Assembly (NCBI RefSeq): GCF_001949145.1
Contig: NW_019091359.1
Coordinates: forward strand, 3,592,827-3,646,458
Source: Acanthaster planci
Taxonomy: Eukaryota
Length of the DNA: 53,632 nt
Direction of reading: 5' to 3'
Part shown: piece after piece, positions 12,601 to 24,600 of the stretch
How the letters are laid out: every line of letters starts with the position of its first letter
Numbering within the stretch: the first letter of the stretch is position 1
The notes under the pieces: generated by a model
Told to the model about the DNA's origin: nothing
Seen by the model: only the letters and a program-made list of their open reading frames with translations
Databases searched by the model: none
Position numbers and translations under genes: made by a program

Positions 12601-15600
12601 GTGCCTCACTGTTTCATTTTCATAATTAATTGTGGCAGTAAACCACAGAGAAAGAATACAGTATACACAGAAGAATACACAGGTACATGTACATGTATGG
12701 TTTTGTTGTGGCAACTGTACCGGTAGCTACACTGAAGACTGCATATATGTGTTCCATATCCAACATGCATCCAAAAGAATGACTGTTGACATTTTTGAAT
12801 ATTCATGAAGTTAAACCATAATTGTAGATGTTGTATTTCAGACATGAAAGATCGCTCTGGTCTGTTACTCTACCAGAGTTCCAAACACAACAACAAACAC
12901 TTTCTTTTTCATGACCACATCATCCATTGAAGACCCCAAAATGAAAGGAATAGGAATTTTGTGCAGTGATGTGTCCCAGTTGTTGGAATTCAAACCATAC
13001 TTTTGTGGACTTCATGTTGTACATATATAAGGGAATACTTTTCAAGTCCGAATAAGCAGCAATGCCCCCACTGGGCCCCCCCTGGGCCCTCACTGTGCCC
13101 CCACTTGGCCAAGGTATACATGTAACTTTGTAAATAGTGTGGAGTGTGTGAAATGAATTTTTGAAAAGATTGTGTATGGATCAGTACAAGGAGCCAATCC
13201 GTTCTAAGCGGGAACAAGAGAGGGCATGATCTTGCATGTACAATGTATATCGAAACAACAATCCTTTGTGGGAGCTCACAGCATGCAGGTTTATATGCAT
13301 GCTTGGTGTGGGACTCGCTATAGCATGGACAATCAAATTGTGTAGGAATGAATTGTCTTTGCGTATGCATTGATGATTGGTTGCACCAGCCCATGAAGGC
13401 ACACTTCAATTTAGAACAGATTGGTCAAACTTGTCTCTTTGCTATTGGCAAAGAGGTACTTGTGTGCACAGCCTACACTGTTCAAGAACACCTGGAGTAA
13501 AGTTTTTCATCTCAAACTATTGTTTTTTTGTATAATTTCTAAAAGGATCTGGAGTGTAATTGTTGAATCCGACAGCATCGTGATGTGATTTTTTTCCCCC
13601 CCAGTTGACAGACAAAGCATGGGAGAAAGTCACAGCATCAAGGAATCTGCTGGAAAAGATTGTGGAAGAAAACAAAGGTGAATTTATATTTTCTTCTTGT
13701 CACAGAGAATTGTTGGCATTAATCACCTGTTGTAAATAGATTAGATAGAACAGATATAAACCAAACGGGGAGTGCTAGGTGGTAGAGTTAGGGGTAATGA
13801 TGAGTTTGACAAGTGATACTGTACATTGGGCAATAGTCAGGATGGTACTTTGGGTGGGCAATGGTACTGTGGGTGGTATTGTAATTTTAATTTGGTTTTG
13901 GTGTTGTTGAAAGCTTTAGTCTTTTCTATCTATGAATTTCAGCCCCCCCCTCCCAAGGGATTTATTACCACTATTGCCATATCTCAGTTCACTTAAAGTT
14001 CTTATTGTCCCTAAATGTTCAGGAATGATTCCTGCATCAATACAATGATCCTGAAAATGTTTGAATTTGTTTGTAGTTGTATACGGCGTGACAACAGGCT
14101 TTGGAAAGTTTGCTCGTGTGGTCATCCCTGTTGAAAAACTCAAGTAGGTGTATTGATAAGAAATTGCCAGATTGTGACATGTATGAGTATAGAATCAAAA
14201 TGAACATAGCTCAGTAGACTTCTGAAGAGCTGAAGAGGTGTTTATAATGTCCCACAAATTGATTCGTTCACTGATTGGTTGAGAGTACACCATGGAGGAA
14301 TAAGAACACTGTTCAGTACAAAGTATGTCACATGTATGCTTGATATCAATGTGACTAGAATTTGCATCACTCACTTATAGGATTCTACGCTTGTTACATC
14401 ATAGTTGTGTGTTTTCCAAGTGACTGCTAAACCTATTCTAGCCATCAGTATAAATCTCACACAGCTATCAAATAATGAAAATAAACACTTAGTGTTGCTA
14501 ATTTTTAATGAAACACACGATCCTCTTTAACACTTATGGATCAAATGTACATTTTAAGAAAAAATACATCTTGAAAATAGTTCGCGGAACCCGCTGCTTC
14601 ATTTGACTCGGACCGGCCAGCCGACCCCAGCNNNNNNNNNNNNNNNNNNNNNNNNNNNNNNNNNNNNNNNNNNNNNNNNNNNNNNNNNNNNNNNNNNNNN
14701 NNNNNNNNNNNNNNNNNNNNNNNNNNNNNNNNNNNNNNNNNNNNNNNNNNNNNNNNNNNNNNNNNNNNNNNNNNNNNNNNNNNNNNNNNNNNNNNNNNNN
14801 NNNNNNNNNNNNNNNNNNNNNNNNNNNNNNNNNNNNNNNNNNNNNNNNNNNNNNNNNNNNNNNNNNNNNNNNNNNNNNNNNNNNNNNNNNNNNNNNNNNN
14901 NNNNNNNNNNNNNNNNNNNNNNNNNNNNNNNNNNNNNNNNNNNNNNNNNNNNNNNNNNNNNNNNNNNNNNNNNNNNNNNNNNNNNCATTTTAAGACTAAA
15001 TCTGATACTAATCAAGGATGAAAGCAAAGTGAACTCACCATCTCGCCCTGCTACTTTGAACACCACACCCCCCCTTCCAAAATGATTTCTGTCCTTCAGC
15101 AATTAAAGACTTGTGATCAGTCCATATTAGGATAATCATAACTCATTAAGGAGGCAAAGTATGGTATAATGAGGTAATGATCTCTTTTCTCTGAAAGATA
15201 TGTTCAGGGCAAGTGGTTTATTTAATTGCGATATGGTCCAGTTGAACCTGAAACATCGGCATGTGTTAGAGCCAGTTCATACAGGATGGACATGTTCATT
15301 TAATGAGAAGGAAACTGTAGGATGATGAAGCACTTGTGGCCAAACAATAGACCGTTTTCGTTGGAGACCCAATTTCATTCAGATTCCCCAATGTAGTGTT
15401 CATTCATTTGAAAATGTTGAATTTAAAGAACCAGACTCCATTCTATGATTTCATTCTGACCCCCCCCCATCGCCAGGTACCATCCCCTTTTAAGGGTTTC
15501 AAATGTTTATAATAAGTTAACATTATAAAGGGGAATATTGTAGATTCAGATATAACCCAAGGAAGCTTTTGAATTTGTTCAACAAGTCTTAGAAAACACT

Positions 15601-18600
15601 TGGCATATAGTGCATGGCAAAAATTACATAAGCAGGAGGTAAACTGAGAGACGTAGTGTGGGAAATGGGTGCTCAACATTCAGTATTTCTGTTTTCTGAT
15701 AGTGAGTTGCAGGAGAACCTGATCCGCTCTCATGCCGCTGGGGTGGGTGAACCACTCACCCCTGAACGTACCCGACGCTTGCTGGCCTTACGCATCAATG
15801 TGATTGCAAAGGGGCACAGTGGACTATCTCCTAAGAACCTTAGAAGCATGATTGATGCCTTCAATTGTAAGATTTGGTCTATATTTTCTCTCTGTTCAGT
15901 ATTTACTCACACCCACGTTATAATTTGTTCGATTCAGATACTGACATGTTTCTTTGCAGCCACAATCATCATGTTTAAAGTTCTGTTAAAGCTGCTTGAT
16001 TAGCCTGTTTTTCCTTGCAGAAGAGTCAGGTACCCTTAAATTTTAATATAAACTCATGTAGTCTTTTCTATGAAACTATTATCAAATCTCACTATTGTTA
16101 ATGCAGTTAACATTAATTTAGTTGTTTATGGAATATAATATTAGTGATATTATGTAAATTGTAAAGGATATGAAGTTCTCTTGATACCAAAAACGAATCA
16201 AAACTCAGGCCCCCAAATAACTACTGGTTCCCCTCCCAAGACTTAGTTCTGCTACTTGTCAAGGCATATCTTTTTCTTCTTCTTCAGCGTCCTGCTTGCC
16301 CTTAGTTCCAGAGAAGGGTACTGTTGGCGCAAGTGGTGATTTGGCTCCCTTGAGTCATCTTGCCCTGGGGATGATGGGAGAAGGCAAGATGTGGAGTCCT
16401 CGTACAGGATGGGGTGATGCTAAAACGGTGAGATCCTCTAGAAACTTTGACCTTATGTTCGTCTGGTTTTATTTTCCTTTGGGCGTAGAACTTATCCAAT
16501 CAACCAGTAATTTATGTTGTTTTTGTACATCTGAAGGCATTAATCCTTACTTAAATAACTTGCCAAGACCAAGGGAACTATTTTCATGGGATTAAACTTG
16601 TTTGTTAGTCAGTGCCTTCCCTTCCATGTAATTTAATTTCAGAACAAACAATTCCGTGTTTTTTTCTTCTTCCTGGTAGATTCTGAAGTTGCATGGGGTG
16701 GAGCCGGTTATCCTTGGTCCAAAGGAGGTAAGAATTCCCAAGGTTTTTTATACATATATGGACTGGCAATGACTTCACTAGTGCCCGTCTATGTCCCCGA
16801 GGGGACTGTGAGTGACCAGAAGAGGGTCCTACTTCCCTCTTGAGGGAGCATGGATGTGCACTAGTGACCGAATTAGGTCAGTTCATATGTGTTTTAATTG
16901 TTATAACAATTAAAACCTCAAACTAGAAAGATATTCTTTCAGGGTTTTAACTGTTTTAATTCAACTTTCAATAGCACTTCAAAAATTGCCAAAAAAATTG
17001 AAGGTTTATTTTAGTTTCCCTCGACGCAGTCTAATTTTGAGTTGCTATACTCAACAAGGAAAAGAATTCTTTCGGGATTTAAATTCTACTTTCAATAGCA
17101 CTTCAAAAATTGCCAAAAAAATTGAAGGTTTATTTTAGTTTCCCTCGACGCAGTCTAATTTTGAGTTGCTATACTCAACAAGGAAAAGAATTCTTTCGGG
17201 ATTTAAATTCTACTTTCAATAGCACTTCAAAAATTGCGTAAAACTTGATGGTTTATTTTAATACCCCTTGACGTAGTCTAATTCTGAGTTACTACATTCA
17301 ACAGGGAAAAGAATTCTTCAAGGGTTTTAACTTTTTCAATTCAACTTTTCACCCAATACCAATTCACCTCAACCTCCAGAGGGAGCAATAACTTGTCAAA
17401 ACTTTTCAAGACTAGTACCTTACCGGGCACTAGCCTCTAGAATTGATGCACCCGTGCAGTGTCCAGGCGCGTGTTGAGTCACGCTAATGCCAAATTCATG
17501 TACTAGCTCATATTAGCGAACCATACATGATGATATTTCAGCCAACCAGGATATAGAACCTGGAAGAGGTGTGTTATAATTGTTGCTATTGCTGCTTATA
17601 TTTTGTGCTTACATGTATCTACCAGACTCTAGTTGCCACAGCTAGTGAAGTGGGATCGGCTGAAATTAAGTACAAACTTTAACATATTTTCTGTAAAGCA
17701 CAGCCAAAAATGCTTAACTTTAATCTGACTAATCTTTGGTTGAATAACTAAATATTTTGATTTTCCTGAACAGGGTATTGCATTAATTAATGGCACACAG
17801 ATGATCACCGCACTTGGAGCTGAAGGTAATTCAGTGCTGATTAAACATCTGTCCTGCATGTTCATCTTGTCACTATTTATAGAGTTATTTGAACACAGAA
17901 TCCAAAGTGGAAGCCTTTTAGAAGCAAAACCTTGCTAGTTGCATGTGTTATTAAGTTAGAGACCTATTAATTAAAGGCAACAATGTTTGACCAGCACAGG
18001 AACCTAGCTCTATCTCAGTAATGGTTTTTTATTGTAGTCGCGGTATCAGTTTGTTTCTTTAAGGAAATTGTTGAAATCCGCTTTACAGGTTGCTTCTTCA
18101 GTTCTTTTACATGTAATTTATTTCATCAACATTTGATAATGAAGTGAAATCAAGCATGCTAAGAATGATTGTTCCTTTCTTTCAGCCGTTGAGCGAGCAG
18201 CAGCTATTGCACGTCAGGCTGATGTCATTGCTGCCCTGTCGTTGGATGTCCTGAAAGGGACAAACTCTGCTTTTGAAAGTCGTAAGTCCATTTTTATAGT
18301 TGCAGACACCTGGTCCCGATAAATAGCCTTGGACTAGTGAGCTGCCTTTTTATATATGAAATAAATTGTCAAGCAGGATCACTATAATTAGGGCAATTTC
18401 TATCTATAGGGCTTTTCACACTGTCCGAAATCTCGGGGTTGGAACCAGATCAAACCCCGAGATTTTTTGATCCTTTTCACACTTGAAAAGCTTCAACCCC
18501 TAGCCGAACCGCGTAAGGCACTCTAGCCGGATCGAAACCAACCCTGGTAGCAACCAGGGTTGAAACTGTATTTTTGGACGTGACCCGTGTAGAAAATGGT

Positions 18601-21600
18601 AGTGTGAACGGCCCCGAGTCACGCGGCTGATCCGTGTTGATGCGCCCATAACGTAACGATTTTTTAATGACGTGTTAAAGGTCAATAAACAAAAACATCA
18701 CCGATTGTTGATCATCCTCTTTGCTGTACGGGCTCGCACAATTTGGGCTCTTTTCCTCCTCAGAATGAACAGAAACATGCACAGCAAGACATGCAAGAAC
18801 AGCGTGTAGTAAAACTCGGGCGCAGCCATGTTGGAAATGGTAAACTAGCGCGTCGCAATGCATTATTGGAAGAGCCAACGCTGTGTACCGCTGGGCCTCT
18901 CCGGGTTGAGAATACAACAGTGTAAATACACTTGCCCGATATCCGGATCGGTCATTACACGGTTCACGCAAGAGCCGGTTCACGCAAATGTAGTGTGAAC
19001 GTTGCATCTCTCCAACCCGTGTCGAAAATTTTTGGAATTGAACCGGTGTGGCCCCAGGTAGGTTTGAACATGGTTTGAAATGGAGATAGGGTGAAAAGCC
19101 CTTATTTAAGACTTAAGATTGTTTAGAGATTCAATATGCATGAACTATGTTTATACTAAGACTTAAACTCAGCAGCAGTTTTACCACTTTCTGTCAGAGG
19201 CTGTGTAAACATACACGGGCACATCTGACAAGTAGAAATGTCTAGCTGCCTCAACTCCCCTCCAGCTGACCAATAAACATGCTGCTTTAGTGTTGCAAAA
19301 CTGACGTGTTGGTAAGAAATATTGCACAAAACTGTTCAAATGACTCTTGCCGATCAGTATCTGTGACGTTTAGCTTCATATTTGATTAGTTGTCCAATAC
19401 ATCTTTTTTTTCTAAAAGTCAATATTCCTAATAATTTCAGCCCCAAAATAATATCCTCAGCGAGTGCTGAACAAAGCTTCATTTTTTTGTCTGTCACTAG
19501 TTAGCATTTTGAATTACCAAACTCATTTTTTGTGTATTTTGTTACACCCAGACATCCATGCAGCCAGACCCCACAAGGGACAAATGCTAGTGGCCAGCAA
19601 CCTACGTTCACTCCTGGCTTCAGATGTCCACCCCTCCGAAATTTCCGAGAGCCATCGATTCTGTGACCGTGTGCAAGATGCTTATACTCTGCGTTGCTGC
19701 CCACAGGTATAGAGATTGATTATTCCTTGTGCTAAGACATACATGTGCCTCAGTTCTGTATAACAAAAAAGCATGTTGCCAGTGGCCCTAAATACATCAT
19801 TTGAATACAAAGATAAGATATAGTGCAAATGCATGAATATTGTGGCATTTTATTCCCACGAGCCAGCCTAGGTCTCGCCAATCTGGGCGAACTGTTTCCA
19901 ACTGTGGGGAAAGTCACCTGACCTAAACCTAAACTATCTGCCTTGCGGACCTTGAGTTCGACGAGCAATCTAAGGTCCAGGGGTTAGGGGTCACTTTGGC
20001 AGAAATATACCACCGATAGGTAATTGATTCGGTGACTCGGTCGACTGACACAACAACGAGCATGTGGGTAAACAAGATATTACCAGCAAGATCAATTGGA
20101 CTTACTTTTCTTTAGTTTATATAATCACTATATTTACACAATTGGAATTATTTATTTTATACAAGAGTTACAAAAGAATAATAACACAAAATACAATTAC
20201 AAAAGAACACTTAAATAATCCGCACTCTGCACTCCACAAAGTGCCGCCAATAATCCATACTCCACAATTCGCACTCCGCAACCTCTTACCCGTATCCGCA
20301 ATTTGCACTCCGCAATCCTCACTCGGGTGACTGCACCCAAGATATTGGCGGATTGCTGGTGCTAATTAATTAACCCAAATTAACGGGTAACTCAGGGCGT
20401 CTGCTGACTATCCAGGTTTCACCGCTTTCCTAAACAGAGACCTTCAGACAACCCTCAACAACTCTACCCACACATTATTGCTCTTCCCATGGTCCTTTCT
20501 GAACGATACAAAGAACAGTACACAATAGTCAACTAATGCGGATACGTTACGGTTACTAGCTAACTGCTTATGCGGAAGCAGTACTAAATTGCTAGCCGAC
20601 TCTCCGAAGTAGCACACACAAAAGGAGCAGTCACCCATAGCGATGTTCACTCACCAAACCAGGCCTCCTGACTACCTTGAGACTTGTGCGAGCTGAGACT
20701 GCCTATACCATGTGCAGCGTGGCACAAACTAGACAAAACATAAACTTGCGTCCGTCCCGCACTGCGTTAAACATTTACCTGGGAAATTACGCACAGATTA
20801 ATGCTAATGTACACGTGAACTCACGCATTCTCTGCTCCTATACATGAAAAAGAATGATGTCATCTTTTAACTGAAATCTAAACTTCTTAAAGCCACTTTG
20901 TCACAATATCATCACACACAAAAAAATTCCTAGCTTGGTCTGCAAACCTGCCTTCACAAGTTTGATTTTTGTATATGTGACAATAATTCAAGGGAATGCT
21001 TTAGCTTTATGTTAAGTAAACAGATTTTCAGTTCCTACCTTAATTTTTTTCACTTCTTCTCTCCTTTAAGAAATCATGACATGGTCCATGGAAGCTTTAC
21101 CAAAATGTCTAAATACCTGAAGAAGTTTTCATGTTTTAGTGTACAGCTGTTAAATTTTCAGTAGACAGTTCTGTTTTTTCAAATCTACAAATTTGTACAA
21201 ACCATGACTCAGATTAGTTCAAGTATATTTATAAAAATACCCAAAAGAAAATGTTCAAGACTTACTTAAGTAAGTGTGATAAAATTCAATTTTTTTTCAA
21301 CTGTTCTGATGTTAGTTACAGTAAATATATTTTTTCCCTAATCATTTATCTCAGGTTCATGGTATTGTCAACGACACCATTGAGTTTGTTAGAGGCATCT
21401 TGACGACTGAGCTGAACAGTGCGACTGACAATCCAGTATCCTTACAAAATACTTGAGTATTGTAATTACCAATAAATTATTCTCATCTTAGTCTCGATGT
21501 GTCGCATTTCTTTGTTCCCAGTAACTACGTCTGATTCTTTTGTGTTTCTACTGGAAAACACTGATTATGGGTTTTCGCTCTAGCTACTTCATTGAAATAG

Positions 21601-24600
21601 GCATCTTTTTGAGAACTTAAGATTCTTAAATGATTTGAATTTCAAATGTGCACATTGTGTTGAGAAATTTTCTATAGATACTTTATCCTCTGGTTCAAAT
21701 AATGACCCAACAGGTCAAATGTGCACTAGAAGACTGGCAGAATACTGTCACACATTAAGAAGAAGATGCTCTGACATAGGTCATAGAGTAAAATCTCATT
21801 TTGGATGCTATCCAAATCACAGCAAATAAGCTGAATAGAGGAGAAATGCTATTGTTGGTCTCTGTTGAGATGAAGAGCATGTGGGATACCGTTATCAACA
21901 GTTCAGGGTTTTTCTCGAAAATGATTTTCCTTAAAGATGAATGATATCATTCTGATGTTCCTCAACTTCCTCTGTTGACTAGATGGTATTTGCTGAGCGT
22001 CAAGAGACAATTTCTGGTGGAAACTTTCATGGGGAATACCCTGCCAAGGTTTGTATGAATGCATTGTTTTTTCTTTTTCTTAAAATTCCTGAGGCATACA
22101 TGTACATCACTGCACATGAAGGGAAGGTTAGCCAAGTTTTCATGTTTTACATTGATAACACAAAGTTATAAGTACCATCTGAATGATTTTGATTTGTCTA
22201 TTTTCACCACGTTACTCCGCTTATTCATCGGGTTTATTGTCTCCCGGTCCACCATGGAATTTATGCAAGATTCCCTCTTTAGATTATCAATGCTTCCATA
22301 AACACCACTTCATTATATCTCACTAATCTCATTGATGAGTACCAACCTAGATGTCCAGGTCTACAGTTCTTTTTTGATTCTTCAGTGCTTCTTGTTGTAA
22401 GGGATGGGTACACACTTTGTTTAGCAAACCAGGATTCTACGCAGGGGGGCCATGCCTATGGAAACTTTTGAACAACCTTTCCAAGAATATCCACTCATCA
22501 ATACCACATGACAGTTTCAAAAAATCTGTAAAGATATTTTGGTTCATGATGAATCATGGAGTCTTTAGATTTTTTGTTAAGTGTGGTGATACCTTGTGTA
22601 AGAGCGCTCTTATTATTATCATCACAGGTGCTGGACTATCTGGCCATCGGCATCAGTGAACTGGCATGCATCAGTGAACGCCGAATTGAACGACTTGTTA
22701 ATCCATGTATGTAGGTCACAGGTCATATTACCCATGAAGGTTATTTGCAGGTTGTAAACCAGAGGTCAGAGGTTAAAGGCACTGAAAGTTGTAACACAAG
22801 TCACCTCACAGTCCATTAAACCAACCCATTTAACTATTTTTTTTAATAAAAATGATTTTTCAATACAGAAAAGCTACCACAAGTGGAATCTTCCTTCACC
22901 TGTAGTGCATCATGGGAAGAGTTCACATCTTGTTAGATGTATCTTAACAGTTTTCATGTACATCCTAATTCATAAGGATTGACATTTTATCATTCCAGAA
23001 TTCCAGCTTAATGCTGGTATTTTTTCAGGAAATAATTTCTTTGCAGGTTTTTGCTTACATTTTGGAGACTGAATGTCAACAATGGAGGACAGGCACCAAA
23101 CTGCAGGACAAACTAGACTGGAACCAGTAGCATATAAGAGTGGTTCTCTGCCTCAAGGATTCTTTGATGAAAAATACAGGTTCATGTACATGACAAACCC
23201 CATCCAGGAAGATGCTCCGTCTTGTATTTCCTAACCTGTTACAAAACAATGAATTCAACTTATCAAGTCTTACCTTCAAAGGAAGGACTTAATTGTTCCA
23301 TTCATTGTAGAAAAGTTCTGCAGAGGGTTGATTGACAATTCTAACTTCCTTTTGTTGACTTCTGTTTCCTTTGGACTTAGCGCTGAGTGAACTGCCAGCA
23401 TTTCTGGTGAGTGACGGTGGTAACAATAATGGCTTTATGATTGCTCACTGCACGGCAGCTGCTCTGGGTAAGAAAGGCGATTTGGTGAGACTTTTCCTAA
23501 AGGATTCTTAACCATTGATTGTATTATCCCACTTTGCTGGATGGTGAAAATGTTGAGTGGTTTAAGTTCAGCCCTAATTCACCGACTCGGCCATAAATGA
23601 TTGCATATTCAAAAACAAAGTTGTTCATTTTGTTCTGGTTTGTTTTTCAGTGCATAAATGGGGTTATTTTGATATCATTACCATTAATATGCTGCTTTGA
23701 CCATCTTTCTGATAGCTCTGTTTGTCTATTTTATTTTTTTTCCCTAAATAGTGTCTGAAAACAAGGTTCTGACTCATCCAGCGTCTGTTGACTCACTGCC
23801 GACCAGTGCAAACCAGGAAGATCATGTTAGCATGGGAGGATTCTCTGCCAGAAAATGCCTGACTGTTGTTGAGCATGTGGAACAAGGTAAGCTATGTGAA
23901 CTATTTTAATTGCCTTGATGTGGAGACATTCTTTTTTGGTATTGGGGGAACATGTTTCACTTTTGAATTGATCAAATCTCTCATTTTAAAAGAAGTCTGA
24001 AGTAAGAGTTTTCAGGGTTGTCCAGTAATGCTGATTTGATGTTCACAAGTGTTGAAGAGTTTCATATCATTATCAGGTAAAATTTATGGGACATACTTCA
24101 GTTTGAAGTGAATTAAGATAATTCTTTTTTCACAGTTTTGGCCATTGAATTATTAGCAGCATGCCAAGGTATTGAGTTCCTTCGTCCTCTGAAAACTACA
24201 GCTCCACTGGAGGAAGTCCACAAACTTGTTCGCTCTGTCGTGGAGTAAGTCTGTCATATTTTCCTGACTTATTAATATTTCTGCTGTGGTTTTGTGGAGG
24301 AATATTGGAGATTCATGTCAAGTTTAGCATAGATTCTACAGAGGAAATATTGCGACGAGAGCCAGGTGAGGTATTCAGCTTTTAGCATTGGAGTCGCATC
24401 CACTGGTCATCCAGTCATAAGTCAACTTAGGAGGTGTATATCCATTGATCTGTGAGAATAGCAGTCTTTTCATGTCATTAACTTGTAACAGGACTTATGA
24501 TTGACTTGTGATAGACTTGACTTCAATACTGAAGATCTAATAACCTGGTTATCATTTCCCTGTGTTAGTACCCCCAGGGTTATACCTTTTCAAATTGAAT

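Noticed and set aside
14632..14985. HAL exon hidden in the gap
   Set aside because: Exons 6 and 7 join in frame and read continuously (VEKLN-ELQENL), with no missing residues.
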